A stretch of 64,000 nt of DNA from Octopus vulgaris (GCA_951406725.2 OX597817.1:114018001-114082000), one strand, 5' to 3'. Positions 11,534 through 27,009 are shown, counted from the first letter of the stretch. Notes: generated by a model from the sequence alone, not told the origin. Made by a program: numbers and translations.

Positions 11534-13034
11534 ATAGATAAGTTATTGATTATTGAGAAGGAATATTAAATTAAATTCAGAAGTCAGCTGACCACTTGTT
11601 TCAAAGAGTAGACAAATATGGAAGTATGCTAATTTGAACATTAATTCTTCTGAATGAGAAACTAAAACTTAAGGCTGACCTGTACACTTTGGGAATTCTG
11701 GTTTCAGTTTTAAGAATTCTTACATGCTTATAAGATTGAAATACTACTTTCTTATTGATTTAGCTTTCATTATTACCATTATATAAATTCACTTCAGGTT
11801 GGTGGAAAGGTGGAATCAGTGGATTGTTGGACAAAATTGCTTTGTGGCATTTTAGCAGCATTCCCTTATGTTCTTAATTTGAATCTTACTGAGATTAAGA
11901 CTGTACCATTCCTTGTTATGGGGTTTCAGTAAAATAAAAAAAAATATGTATTAATTATGTGCCACCCTGCCAGGGTTATGGTGAAGTCATGAAACTGCAG
12001 CATGGCAGATTGTGAAGTGGTAGGGGAAGAGCTCAACGGAGCTAACAGTTTTCTTACATTGGTGCTGAGTGAAGGAATCTTTGAAAATCAACAGTGAAGA
12101 TCATTAAGCTCTATCAACGAAGTAACTGCAATGCATCCATCAGGGTGGTGTCTATGGTTCTGTTATCAGCTAATGAAAGATTCATTATGACTCAAGTTCC
12201 CTATTCATGTTCATAATTATGGAATTGAATGGCAACAAAAAAAACAAACAAAAACAAAACAAAAAATAAAACAAAAAATAGACAAACAAAAAAACCCCCC
12301 AATTATATACAAGTTTGATGTAATGGACTTTTTTTCTTCTTCCTCATCTTCTGAATTTGAGGTCTTGTATGTATGTTAGAATTCATAATCGTTATTATTT
12401 TATGAACACCTTGAAACTTATACATTCGTATACAGTTAGATGGGTGGGGAATATTTGGTTTGTATAAGTCATCTACTTGTACACAAAGAAAGTCATATTG
12501 AACACAATAATCGAAAAAAAATAAGTATGGTTACTGAGTTTTTGTATGACTATTCTTTTCAAATTTTGGCACAAAGCCAGCAATTTCAGGGGGCGGGGAG
12601 GGGCAAGTCGATTAGATTGACACCAGTATTCAACTGGTACTTATTTTATCGATCCTGAAAGGATGAAAGACAAAGTTGACCTTGGTAGCATTTTAACTCT
12701 GGAATGTAAAGACAGACAAAATGCCACTAAGCATTCTACCAGCTGGTTGTTTTAGTTTTTACATGAATATTGCAAAGTTGTTCTATTGTGAAGTTTTTTA
12801 TGTCTTTTCGCCATGATTCCAGATATTGTAAAATTTTATTTTTCTTGTCAATGGCGTTCACTTTCTCTTTACAAATATAGTGGCAACAAAGTCAGTTACT
12901 TGTAAAAGATGTGTACTTAGAATAAAGTTGTAGAGTGAATAAAAACACCATAGATTTTGCTATGCCTGTAAATCCTTCAGTATGTTTTCCTTCATCCACC
13001 AATTTTGAGGTCTTGTGCCTATTCTTATATTCTA

Positions 13035-13526
<492 letters not shown>

Positions 13527-14112
13527 TATATCCTTCTACATTCTGAGTTCAAATCTCGCCAAGGTTGATCTTTAACTCTCATCCTTTTGGGGGTAAATAA
13601 GTTAAACTATTGTTATTATTATTTAGCAGAAAAAGACAAATGAGCTGGCTGAATTGTGAATATGTCAGGCAAAATGCTTAGCAGCATTTTGTTTGTCTTT
13701 ATATTCTGTGTTCAAATTCTGCTGAGGTTGATGTTGCCTTTCATATTTCAGGGTCGATAAAACAAGTACCAGTTAAGCACTGGGGTCAGTGTAACTGACT
13801 TAATTATCCCCTCCCCTGAACTTGATGGCCTTGTGCCTTGTGCCAAAATTTGAAATCATTGATATTTAGCTGAAAAGTTAGAGCAAAATACAAAATACTT
13901 TGCAATATTTTGTTGTAACGCTTTATGTTCACAGTTCAAATCCCACCAAAGTCAATCCAGTTTTTCACCTTTTTGGGGTTGCTAAAACAAGTATCAGTCA
14001 AATACCAGTGACTGTTCTACTCCCCACCACATGTATTGCCTTGTGCCTATGGAATCATAACAATATTGGAAAACGATGATGTATGGTGTTTGTTTTGACT
14101 CTTTAAGTTCTA

Positions 14113-14534
14113 AGGAGTGGCTGTGTGGTAAGTAGCTTGCTTACAAACCACATGGTTCCAGGTTCAGTCCCACTGCGTGGCACCTTGGGCAAGTGTCTTC
14201 TACTATAGCCTCTGGCCGACCAAAGCCTTGTGAGTGGATTTGGCAGACAGAAACTGAAAGAAGCCCGTTGTATATATGTGTGTGTGTATATATATATATG
14301 TATGAATGTATGTGTACATGTTTGTGTGTCTGCATTTGTCCCCCCAACATCGCTTGACAACCGATGCTGGTGTGTTTACGTCCCTGTAACTTAGCGGTTT
14401 GGCAAAAGAGACCGATAGAATAAGTACTAGGCTTACAAAGAATAAGTACTGGGGTCGATTTGCTCGACTAAAGGTGGTGCTCTAGCATGGCCACAGTCAA
14501 ATGACTGAAACAAGTAAAAAAGTAAAAAGTAAGT
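14113..14534 (+). mobile_element. SINE family A
   Basis: A-box-like TGGCTGTGTGG, B-box-like GGTTCAGTCCC, internal microsatellite, GTAAAA(A/G)A-type tail. Confidence 0.92.
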
Positions 14535-15200
14535 AAGTTCAAATCCTATTGAGGTTGACTTTATCTTTCATCCTTTTGGAGTTGAGAAAATGGAGTATTT
14601 CTCAAATATTGATGTAATTGACCAAACCTTCTCCCTACAAATTTCAGGCCTTGTGCCTATCTGAGAAATGATTATTGTTATTACTGTTTTGTGTCTACCT
14701 CAAATCTGTCCCTCATTCATTAGATCATCCAAAATAGCAAGGAGTTTGGTGAATCTGAAAACATTGTCTGTGAGATGTAGAAATTATTTTGAAAGATTGA
14801 AAATTGTGAAAGCACAATTCATAGAAAATTTCTGGCAAGAGTTGTGATGTCAATGTTTGTGCTGTGAATCCTGATCAAATATATACCAATAACTGAGATG
14901 GTTGCTGCAACAGATATTCAGTGTCTCAGTTTGAATTGAAGCCATTTCAACAACGGAGGGGGGAAAATGGAAAAAGAAAAAAAGGATAGCAATGAAAAGA
15001 TTTTATTGTTTGGTATCTGAGAATGTGATTCAAGGCCATCAACCTTGATTACTTCTGGGCAGCTATTCACCACCATATAATGTTCATGTTTAATAAGGAA
15101 GCAGAAAAACCTATCATGGATTACAAATGTATTAAGCACCCTGGTGCATTTATACTCCAGTTTTTGATCCATGCTAAATGGCCATCACATTCATGTAGAT

Positions 15201-15546
15201 CAATGGTTTTCAACCGAGAGCCATAATGGACCCTGAGAGGTCATATAAGATTTTTGGAGTCCATGCAACAGAATAGTAAACTGGAGATCCACAAGAGTAT
15301 TTTAAGGGTCCCTGAAAAAAAATTTGGCTTTAGATGTATGTGTTGGTATGTACTGTGAGAAACAGCTAGTTTTCTTTCTCCAGCATTTTACATAGTTCAA
15401 CCTACACAAGTTAATGTTTGAAAAACTAAATAGGAATTTTGAAAGAAGTTTCTATAAAACTAATTTTTAAACATTGAATGGCTATAGGGTCCACCAGAAC
15501 AAATAATAGTCAAAAGGGTCCATAGATAAAAAATGGTTGATAACTG
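15201..15546. mobile_element. hAT (Charlie-like) MITE
   Basis: Ends CAATGGTTTTCAACC / GGTTGATAACTG with a perfect 8-bp TSD ATGTAGAT (15193-15200, 15547-15554). Confidence 0.88.
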
Positions 15547-16774
15547 ATGTAGATCAAGAAATCACCAACATGTATCCAAATTGCAATGGCACTCCTGATA
15601 CGGTAGCATAATGAATCCTACTAGTCTAAATATATTTCTTGAACCCCTTGTTCATCCTGTGCTATGCTATATAACAGTTGGGCGATGGTGGTGTTGGGGC
15701 GCTATGGTGTATTGGGTTGGTCAGCTAGTGTTGGGTACAATATAATGGTACCAAGGCGGAATAGTGGTGTTGGTTTGGCATGGTAATGTGGGTGCGATAG
15801 TGGTATTAGAGTGGTAAGGTGTTGCAGGTGTGATTTTATAGTGTTGGAGTGGCAGGGTGGCACAAGGATGTTGGTTATGATTTTGAGGTGTTTGGTAGCC
15901 TGTTGGTGATGGTAGGAGGGGATAGAAGCAATGTTTGTCTTTTATTGGTAAATTAAGCATCAATCACTGTTGTTGCTGGCCTCAGGTCATTCCACATCAA
16001 ACCTTTAATTAAGGCATTCCAGTCATGATCATCCTAATTTTTTTTACTTCTTCAAATTGTGCATCTTGGACAGCTTTACCCAATATTTTTCTTGTTTAAA
16101 ATGGTAAGGTAGTGAATGTGATTTAAGTGAAATTTGGCTGCCATTTATAGCAGGCTGAATGACCATGTAAAGGTGATTTCTTTGACTTGGGATATTGCTA
16201 ATTAGGAATATACAGAGGAAGAAGGATGGTTATTTCAACCACATACTCTCTCCTTTTTCTTTATCCCAAAATTTATGGAGAAAAGGTGTAAGAGGAGTGA
16301 GGGTGAGAAGAGGATGAAATCTTGGTGTTAGTGTAAGAAAACTTTTTAAGTGGAAGTTCTTGCACTTCTTTTGTCTTTTCTTCTTACCTCTAAATTTAGA
16401 GAGGGAGAGAGGGAGAGAGAGGGGAAGAGAGTGTTACGGTCAGTAGAGGGAAAAGCGAGAGGTGTGGGCAAGTGTAGTGCTGGGTGTGTGTGGATGCTGG
16501 GGTGTTAGTGGTAGTGGTGGTTTGTATCTGAGAAAATATTTGCCACCCAGTGTGCGCCATTTTCTATGACAAATGGTTTAGGGCACCAGGGACTTTTTCA
16601 GCTCCACCCCCACCGACACTTCAACCCTGCTCCTCTCCCGACCACCAGGGGTCAAAATACAAAAGTTAGCAAGTAGAGAGTAATGTTGAAGGTAGAAAGG
16701 AAAGTTTTTGAGAAATAATTTGTTTGCTGTAACATACATATATACACACTCACTCACACCACACACACACATAT

Positions 16775-16825
<51 letters not shown>

Positions 16826-17682
16826 CTTCTTGAAAGATAATGTCAAGACAAATGTATTTATGGTTGATTTGTGTGGTTTCGGGTTGAGAAACTCCTGAGT
16901 TGCTTGCTTGAAAAAAAAGTAGTGTGATTTTTTATTTTTATTTTTACACTCCCCCTTTTACTCACATAATGCACTCATTTCCACACACACTCCCATCTTC
17001 ACATTCCAGCCCTGTATAAAAACACCCATTTTTTTTTGCTATATTCAAGCATTAAAACACATAGATATGTACGTACATACATACACAATGCAGCACATAT
17101 TTTGTGCATGTCGTTTTAACTGCATTTCTTGAATGCCTTTATGTTTATATTATATTTGTGTTTGTGTGATTGTACATGTGTGTTTGTGTGTGCATGTGTC
17201 TTTGTTTGTGTGTACATGTGTTTTTAATATCATTTTACCGTTGTGTCTGATTAATCACTTTGAAAGACAAAAGTCTCTCCTTTACAGTGAAAGATTGGAG
17301 CAGAGGAGGAAAGTGAAAACAAAAAATTAAAAGAAAAAAGAGAATGAAAACTGAAAACTGTTCAGGAAACAACATACAAGCAGCAAACCCCAATGTGAAA
17401 TTAGCTGCTTACTGTTAGGTCAATGTTGGTTGAACTGACCATGTAATGACAAGGAAATCTTACTTCACTAGTTTATAAATCATAAAGACATTTATATTTT
17501 CTGCTGTTATGGTGAGAAAATGAAAGACATTGGTAGCAGCTAACTCATTTTGTTTCAATCTATTTTTTTTTCTAAGTTTGTGTGTGTGCACGTGTATGTA
17601 TGTATATATATATATATATATATACACACAAATATGTCTATATATATATATATATAAAAAATCTTCACATAAAAAATCTTGC

Positions 17683-17732
<50 letters not shown>

Positions 17733-18265
17733 CAGGTAGGTAGGTTGATAGATAGATAGATAGATAGATAGACAGACAGTAAGATTGTATTTCTAGTGTC
17801 ACCACTCAAACTAGAAAGAATTTATAAATTTCTCTAGAATTTTTATATGTTGGCAGATAATGTAAAAGGAATGATTTTCCTTTCTTATTTGGCATCAATT
17901 TTTTCTTTTTTTTCCTGTACTAAAATGAAAGATGGTTTTTGTGAAAGCAAATGTTCTCATTTTCTTTCTTTTTACAACTGTGATGCTTTTCCTTACACAT
18001 TAATAGTTATTACTATTGTTGTTGCTTAGCTCCAGGTCAGCCCTGATTGAGCTGACCTCTGATCAAAGTCATTCCAACTGTGCTCTTCACATCATCTATA
18101 TTTTCCTTTCTTTTAGGATTCATTATAATGTATACTCACTTTGACTATGTTATCTAGTGTATCCATTCTTTTAAGACAACAGGGTATGATTTAAGGAAGC
18201 TTTGGTTGCTGTTTCAATCTGGTAGAGTAACCATGTAAAGCAAGGGTCGGGAATCTCTTGTTTAT

Positions 18266-18660
18266 TACTCTTTTACTTGTTTCATTCATTTGATTGTGGC
18301 CATGCTGGAGCTCCACCTCTAGTCAAAGAAATCGACCCCAGGACTTATTCTTTGTAAGCCTTGTACTTATTCTATCGGTCTCTTTTGCCGAACTGCTAAG
18401 TTTTGAAGACATAAACACACAAATATCGATTCTCAAGCGATGGTGGTGGTGGGGACAAACACAAACACAAATACACACACACACATAAATATATATACAT
18501 ATGTATATATATACACATGATGGGCGTCTTTCAGTTTCCGTCTACCAAATCCACCCACAAAGCTTTGGTCAGCCTGAAGCCTTAGTAGAAGACACTTGCC
18601 CAAAGTGCCATGCAGTGGGACTGAACCTGGAACCATGTAGTTGGGAAGCAAGCTTCTTAC
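18266..18660 (-). mobile_element. SINE family A
   Basis: Homology to the other copies; extreme 5' end missing. Confidence 0.88.
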
Positions 18661-18758
18661 TTGTTGTTAAAAAAAGTTTTGCTCTCTTTTAAATTTGAGC
18701 TGCCCACTGATGAAGTTTTCATAAGTGCCCACATAAATAAAAGTTTAAGCTTTATAAC

Positions 18759-18861
18759 TGTGGCATCTTGGGAAAGTGTCTTCTGCTATAGCCCCGGGTC
18801 GACCAATGCCTTGTGAGTGGATTTGGTAGATGGAAACTGAAAGAAGCCTGTCGTATATATG

Positions 18862-18892
<31 letters not shown>

Positions 18893-19100
18893 GTATGTGT
18901 TTGTGTGTCTGTATTTGTCCCCCTAGCATTGCTTGACAACCGATGCTAGTGTGTTTCCGTCCCCGTCACTTAGCGGTTCGGAAAAAGAGACCGATAGAAT
19001 AAGTACTGGGTTTACAAAGAATAAGTCCCGGGGTCGATTTGCTTGACTAAAGGCGGTGCTCCAGCATGGCTACAGTCAAATGACTGAAACAAGTAAAAGG
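18759..19100 (+). mobile_element. SINE family A, 5'-truncated
   Basis: Starts at GTGGCATCTTGGGAAAGTG; inverted relative to its neighbour ~100 bp away. Confidence 0.88.
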
Positions 19101-19845
19101 ATAATTTAAGTTGCATACGCTCCTCCTCCCATCTTTTAAAATTTTGTTTTTGGTAGACCATGCATTGTCTATGCATGCAGATCTCTCCTTTCTACATCAC
19201 TGATATTGTCTATAGAAACAGTAAGGACTAGTGCAGTTTGGCACCAATGTTGTTACACATGTTGCTGTCAGGGCTAGAACAGATACAGTAAGACATATTG
19301 TCTAATGTTCTAAAAATTCTACTAATCTGTTACCGTGGACTGGCACATTGTTTATATACCCCAAAAGAATGAAAAGCAATGTTGATTTTGGCTAGATTTG
19401 AACTCTGAACACTGAGTATTGGAACAAATACTGCAATGCATTCTATCTAGTGTTGTCACAATTCTGCCAATGCTCCGGAACTCACAAGGCTGGAGCTCAA
19501 CTTGGTTTCCATGGCATATAAATGAAGTAGATTACATACTCTCCTCCTAATTGGGATACCTGTTCATTGCAGGGTTAAATTCTCAGCTATCACTGGATTT
19601 TATTTTACAGCTGAGTGAACTGGAGCGATACGAAATGAAGTATTTTACTTAAGAACACAGTTAACCACCTGGTCTTGGAATTGAGAAAATGATTTTATGA
19701 TCATGAATGTAACACTCTAACCATTGGGCTCTGTACTTCACAATGCCCCTTACCTGCAAATGCTTAAATAGCTGGCTGATTATTTACTCCATTAGTTGAG
19801 ATCTTTTATGCTATATTTTCCATAATAGCTACTGTGACTTATTAA

Positions 19846-20166
19846 CCCTCTTGGAACAACCAGGCTGATTGATGAGCCCAGGTGATACAAGGTGAAAAGG
19901 TTTTGAGGCCAGTCCATCAGCCTGCTGAAACAGACATTTTGAAGTTTAATAGCCAATCAGAGATTGTCTTTCAGTAGATATAATATAAAACTATATATAT
20001 AGGCGCAGGAGTGGCTGTGTGGTAAGTAGCTTGCTAACCAACCACATGGTTCCGGGTTCAGTCCCACTGCGTGGCATCTTGGTCAAGTGCCTTCTGCTAT
20101 AGCCCCGGGTCGACCAATGTCTTGTGAGTGGATTTGGTAGACGGAAACTGAAAGAAGCCTGTCGTA

Positions 20167-20213
<47 letters not shown>

Positions 20214-20567
20214 ATGTGTTTGTGTGTCTGTGTTTGTCCCCCTAGCATTGCTTGACAACCGATGCTGGTGTGTTTACGTTCCCGTCACTTAGCGGTTCAG
20301 CAAAAGAAACCAATAGAATAAGTACTGGGCTTACAAAGAATAAGTCCTGGGGTCGATTTGCTCGACAAAAAGGCGGTGCTCCAGCATGACTGAAACAAGT
20401 AAAAGAGTAAAAGAGAGTAAAGAGTAATAGTTTTACATATTAATAAAATAGTTTTAGGTACTTTATCCTTTGTCTTCTACATGCCTCCAGCAATTTCAGT
20501 CTCAACAGAAAAAAACATTTTGGTCTTTTTGGCTCCACATATCAAAACACTGTGTGTCTCGAAAGGG
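19846..20567. mobile_element. TTAA-flanked MITE (third family) with nested SINE A
   Basis: ttaaCCCTCTTGGAAC ... GTCTCGAAAGGGttaa imperfect TIRs. Confidence 0.5.
20001..20427 (+). mobile_element. SINE family A, near full-length
   Basis: GGCGCAGGAGTGGCTGTGTGG head through (GTAAAAGA)n tail. Confidence 0.93.
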
Positions 20568-21385
20568 TTAAGGATGCCAACATATCAACTTCAATGTGTA
20601 TATAGATACAAAGGTGGCGAGCTGGCATAACTGTTGGCATACCAGGCAAAATGCTTAGTGGCATATCATCCATGTTTACATTCTGAATTCAAGTTTCACT
20701 AAGGTTGACTTTGCCTTTTATCCTTTCAGGATCAATATAAGTACCAGTGCCCTCCTCCAAATTTGCAGGTCTTGTGTGCCAAAATTTGAAACCAATATAT
20801 ATATGTAGAGATACATGTGATTTTATATACATGTAAAGATATGGGTAAAAGTCTAATTGAGGAAGAGCTTCTATGTGGTTGCTTGGTTTGCAAGAAATAG
20901 CAGCCAAATTTCCTTCAGATCAAATCATGCAATCTTAAGAAAATAAAAGGAAATACATACTGGATAAAGTAGCCTAAGTGGTTTTAGAAAAATGTTGTCT
21001 TAAAATAAAAAGAAGTTGAGAAGGTGAATATAGGAATATCTTTGATCATAGAGTAGTCTACTTGATACAAGACTGGCTTGGAGCATAACAACAACAAAAG
21101 CCAAGTTAACTAGGTCAACTTGAATTCTAATGCTGGTGTTGGTAATGGTGGTGGTGGTTGTGGTGGTGATGCTGGTGTTGGTTGTGGTTTTGTACAAGTT
21201 GAAGTAACAAATTATGAGGTGACTGAAAGAAACATGAAATGGAGTCATCTTTCTGACTGTTAACTCTTCAGAGGAAAGCATGGGTTGGCAGCTTACAGAG
21301 GTCTTTGGCCTTCGGTTCACAATTCATCTTTGATTGATGGGTTCAGTTAGCCAATGCCCTCACCTCCATTCTCACACACACATGC

Positions 21386-21421
<36 letters not shown>

Positions 21422-21492
21422 GTGCATACATGTATGTATGTGTGCATATATGTATGTATGTGTGTGCATATATGTATAAATAAATGCATATA

Positions 21493-21542
<50 letters not shown>

Positions 21543-22162
21543 TATATGTAATATACATACATGCATATATGCTCACACATATATGTGTGTGTGTTTATAT
21601 ATAAACATCCTTTAACGTCCATTTTCCATGCTGGCATGCGTTGGATGATAAATATATAAATATATGTATGTAAAATATATATATATACATATATTCTGAG
21701 TTCTATTTTTCCTGTTTGCATCACCATGAATTTTCTGCTGCTTAAAATAAAGTATATATATATATATATATTTGGAAATTTGCCTGTTAAAACAATGATT
21801 TTATACATACAATACATGCATGCATGTATGTAGGTATGTATGTATGTACACACACACACACACACACACAAATATAAAGTTTAAAAAAATTTTGTTGAGT
21901 TTTAGGTCTCAGTAGCGTATAAGTGACTGAATTCTCAGCATTTGTCCTGAATGGGACATTGGTCCTTTGCAGGTTAGGGGTAGAAGACAAGATAATTACA
22001 CCAACCCCAGTTTTTGACTGGTCCTTTATTTCATCGACCCCAAAAGGAATGAAAAGCAACATTGACCTCAGCAGTATTTGAACTCAAAATGCAAAGTGCG
22101 AGTAGAAATGCTGTAAAACATTTTGTTTGACTTGCCTATAGGTCTTACTTATGTACAAAATA

Positions 22163-22740
22163 TACAGGGTAGACCAAAAGTCTTGCACAAAATCAGTTCA
22201 ATACATTCTGGAACTGTGTACTAAGTGTACCTTAAAAATGATGATGATGATTATATATATATATATCATGCATCTAGTAAGTGTTTGGCATTAGGAAGGG
22301 CATCCAACTGTAGAAACCATGCCAAAGCAGACGTAGAACCTGGTGGGGCCTTCTGGATCATTTGTTCTTGTTAAACCATCCTACCTATGCCAGTATGCAA
22401 AAAAAAAAAAGGAGTTAAATGATGATGAAGATGATGATATATGATGAAAATGAGGTCAGAAAAGTTACTCAGAATGGCTAGTGACAGGTATTCAAACAGC
22501 ATTCTTGACTTATTGAAAATATCTCTGCTTCCAGAGAGGGTAGTTCAATTGTTTAGTGGCAGTTGGTATCAACTCCAAATGAGAAGGGGAGATAATTCCA
22601 AGAATCAAGAATTTTGCAAAATTGGCATGTCTGCAAGGAAAATATCTGATCATTTGAAGATGAGTAGACAGCTGTGTTTCTGCCTCAGTAGGCATCATCA
22701 GCACAGTATTTGTTCTATTATCCAGAGTTTGATGTGACAC
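22163..22740 (+). mobile_element. Possible Tc1-like transposon 5' relic with nested RTE-tail fragment
   Basis: taCAGGGTAGACCAAAAGTC TIR-like start; HTH-like peptide GMSARKISDHLKMSRQ; RTE tail at 22275-22445. Confidence 0.35.
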
Positions 22741-23091
22741 TAAGGTATATAAAAAAGAAAGTAAAGCACATTCATTGTCTTTGTAGTTCTCATAAATGGA
22801 GCAAAAATATGTTAAAGAAAGTAAAGACCCATGGCATGCATTTTGACTGCAAAGACGAATATAGGCATATTAAATAACATACAAGATAAATACTTGTTTA
22901 TTATCAGAGGAGTGTTTTATTGTATGAATTTCTGTACATTTAAAGAATCAGATCAATTATCATTCCAATAGAAAAGGTTTAATTGATTGCATGGATCCAA
23001 CATATTACTGGTATATATTTTATCTTCCACCTACCTGCTACTCTAATTACAAATTATGTTCCTTACAAAACTGTCAAATATAGTGTATATT

Positions 23092-23125
<34 letters not shown>

Positions 23126-23586
23126 GACTATGAGTGATGGATAAAGAAGATTTATAAATGTCTTTTGAATTTACTTTAAGATTTTAATAAAGATTTTTTC
23201 ACACATTTTGATAACCTGGCACCTGGTCACATGATGTCATGACATGGCAATTCTGCAAACACACTGGCACACACACAGACACACAAGTACATGCACATGC
23301 ATACATATGCATTTACACTCATACACACACATGCAGAGCTACATGCTGTAGGCTATTGGCATCTATGTTAAGAAATGCATTACATGACCTCAGGCATGAA
23401 GAAAACTAATTTTCTTGCATGTACCGAAACTCTGCATTCTGTATGTTTAATTGTGCAACTGTGTATATATACTTATATACACATATGAGCACAGCGTGTA
23501 GCTGAATATGAGCATGTGTAGTTGCATATATGAATATAGGCACAATTGGTGTCAGAATTTAAGTATGTGTGTGTATTTCTATATGT

Positions 23587-23619
<33 letters not shown>

Positions 23620-23670
23620 CATACATGTTTATATGCAAACATATAAAAATGCATATATACATATATATAA

Positions 23671-24002
23671 GTGAAGGTGACTAGCTCAGTAGTTAGCACA
23701 TCAGGCTTACAATTGTGAGGCTGTGAGTTTGATTCTGGGACTGAACTATGTGTTGCATTCTTGAGCAAGACACTTTATTTCACTTTGCTCCAGTTCACTC
23801 AGCTGTAAAAATGAGTTGCAACATTGCTGGTGCCAAGCTGCATTAGCCTTTGCCTTTCCCTTGGATAACATCAGTGGCATGGAAAGGGGAGCCTGGTATG
23901 CATGGATGACTGCTGGCTTTCCACAGAACAACCTTATCTGGACTTATGTCTCCGAGAGGAACTTTCTAGGTGCAATCCCATGGTTATTCATGACTGAAGG
24001 GT
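23671..24002 (+). mobile_element. tRNA-head SINE family D
   Basis: TAGCTCAGTAGTTAG head, GAGTTTGATTC B-box-like, CTTGAGCAAGACACTTTATTTCAC domain; copies at 25055-25380(-), 41870-42210(+), 56234-56570(-). Confidence 0.85.
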
Positions 24003-24364
24003 TTTTTTTTTACTTTACTTTATATATATATGTTTGTGTGTGTGTGTGTATGTGTATCTGATAGAAGAAGTCTTTGCAGTGTTTGTTCCAACTCTCTATT
24101 CTCTATTCTCTAAATCCTGCCAAGGTCAACTTTGTCTTTTATTCTTTCATGGTTGATATAAGTGTACTGGAATGAATTCCACCTCTCACTTTCCCCCTCT
24201 CTCAGTCCCAGTCTTTGTTCTTGGAAGAAATCAAATGACCTTTTTCATGTTTGTCATGAAGGTGCTCTTTTAATTTCACTAGTAGTTGAGGACCTAAGAA
24301 AGGGAGACATATGTATGTATCTCTACATGTATGTGTTTGATATATATACATATGTATGCATTAT

Positions 24365-24755
24365 TGTCATCATTCTTTTAATCTCCACTTTTTCATGCTT
24401 GCATTGATCTGACAGAATTTGTTGAAGCAGATTTTCTATGATTGGATGTCCTTCTTGTTGCCAACCCGCAAGTTGGGTAATATTTCTTCATGGCTAGACA
24501 TGTGTTTCATGGAAGATTGAAAAATGAGCATTATCGCTTTTATTATGGCGACACTCTTTTACAATCATTATGTGATGTTAGATATGGGTGTGTGTGCACA
24601 CATGCACTCACACACACACATACACACACACACATGATGGGCTTCTTTCAGTTTCTGTCTACCAGATCCATTCACAAGGCTTTGGTCAGTCTGAGGCTGT
24701 TGTAAAAGCCACTTCCTCAAGGTGCTATGCAGTGGGACTGAACCTGAAACCACAT
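24365..24755 (-). mobile_element. SINE family C (family-A head, RTE-like tail)
   Basis: Same layout as 45022-45434. Confidence 0.72.
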
Positions 24756-25054
24756 AACTATACCTATATCTGGATCTATCTATTTATGTGTCTGTCTGTT
24801 TATTCTGTTTCTTTATTGTTTTGCAAAAGTTTTCATTTGAAATTCTGTTTTGAAGTAGTTGTAGTTTGGGAGCATCATTTTTCCAATAAAATGACACAGA
24901 TTGATTTTATTTAATTTCTTTTCGTTAATCATTATTAAAAAAATGAAAATCAATATTATTATTATTATCCAACTTAATAATATTATCAACAATATGGATC
25001 TCTTCCTGTCAGGTGTCCCAGATGAACCAACTTCTCTATCCTCTAAAAACTTTC

Positions 25055-25380
25055 AGTCATGAATAACCATGGGATTGTACTGAGAAAGTTGCCCTCCGAG
25101 GCACAAGTCTGAGCTAGGTTGTTTATGGAAGATCAGCTGTCACCCATGCATACCAACTTCCCCTCTCCATGCCACTGATCTTATCCAAGGGAAAGACAAA
25201 GGCCAATACAGATTGGTATCAGTAACATTGCAACTCATTTCTACAGCTGTGTGAATTGGAGCAACGTGAAATTAAGTATCTTGTTCAGGAACACAATATA
25301 CAGCTCGGTTTGGGAATTGAACTCACTACCTCATGTTTTGTGATCCTGACACTCTAACCACTGAGCCACGTGCCTTCGCT
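25055..25380 (-). mobile_element. SINE family D
   Basis: Reverse complement of 23671-24002. Confidence 0.85.
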
Positions 25381-27009
25381 ATATATAGGACTGCTATCTT
25401 CATTTCTGTTTTGAACAGTTGAAATTGAGTGACATGTCATGCAGTTTAACATGTTGCATAGTTTAACCTCCTGGCTGTTAGGTTCTTTTAGCAGTATTTG
25501 TTTAATAGCAAGCATTTGGACCTTATCCATCCCACCCTTGGTTTCTCTTCTACAAAGACTGATGCAGCTTTTGTGCAGATGTCCAGACTGGGTTTCAACT
25601 GAATCAGTGTCATATGTCTGTGAAGGCTTGCTTTTGTTAATTCTAAATTGATTGATTTGAAAAAGAATAAGCTATTCAAAACATGGTCTTTTCTTACAAA
25701 AACATACCCAGAAAATATGAAATAACCAAGAAGTTTTCAGTCAGTACCAGTCGCATGATATTTCATTTGACTGTAGGTTGCAAATTTACAGAGTTGTTAG
25801 ACCATAGAGAGTTGGGACAAATACTGTAAAATATTTGTTTTGGTCCTCTGTTCTTTGAGTTCAAATCTCACTGAGATCAACTTTATGTCTCATCTTTTCA
25901 GGATTGATAGAATAAAGTACTGATCAAAGGCAGTGGATTAGGGGTATTACTAGAACAACAAATGAAATATCTTGCTGTACTTATTCTGGCTCTTTTTGCC
26001 TTCTGAGTTGTTGGGTAATAAATTGACTTAATTGACCACCGTCCTGTTAAAAACACCAGCATCTGGTCCTTAGGGTGCCTTTAGTAGAGTTCATCCTGAA
26101 ACAAGCATTATGGCCAGCTCTCCAATTTGCTGAAGATAACATCTTACCAGCAGTCATAGGTCTTGAAGAAATAAAGGGCCGTACATACTAAGCTTCCTTC
26201 CTTCCTTCTTAACTAAGCTGTAAAAAAAAAAGCCGAAACACTTGAGGTGATGACAAAAAAGCTACCATAAGTAATTATCCATTACACCACACAGCAGATA
26301 AATTTTGTCTCTTATGTGTTTTGTTTATGTTTTTCAGAACAGTTTTTTTTTTTTTTTTGCAAAGAAAAATTTTTTCAGTTATATCAATTAACTTAGGGTA
26401 TAATTAAAACTTTGCTGGCTACATTGCTTTATTGCTTTGTTAGCTGGCTTGTTTTTATTGCTTGGAATGTGGTAAAAAAATATTGATAATTTCTTACAAG
26501 TTATAATTTCAATATGATTTATTACTTTTTTTCCATTTTTTTTCTCCATTTTCCTCCCATTTTTTTTTTTTTTTCATTTTTTTAAAAACTGTTTTAGTTT
26601 GGCTACTCTAAATGTTTGAACTAAATTAATAAGCCAACCATTTTCAGTCTTTGTTTACATTTGTCTGTTTGAAATCAACAGCATTGAAGAATATAATTTC
26701 TGTATTCATGTCTGGGTATCGTTCATATTTCTAATAGTTGTTGTAGTTGGTTAAAACTGTTTAAGCATTGCTTAACAAACATAAACAGTGTACTAAATAG
26801 TTAAAGAAGGTTGTACAGCATTATACATTCACTTCTTTGAGCTTAACAAATATGTACATGTGTGTGTGTGTTTGTGTGTATGTATGTGTATGGTGTATTT
26901 TTGTGTGTATCTGATTTTATATTTATATATGCATGTATCTGTTTAGCTGTTGTAGAATTGTATAACAACACATCTGTAAGTTATCAAATATATATTATGT
27001 AAATAAGGC

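Noticed and set aside
14103-14360. Recurrent peptide family RASFSFRLPNPLTRLWSARGYSRRHLPKVPRSGTEPGTMW
   Set aside because: Antisense translation of the family A SINE head, not a gene family.
20001-20075. tRNA genes at SINE heads
   Set aside because: Only A/B-box-like remnants; no complete cloverleaf, and always fused to SINE bodies.
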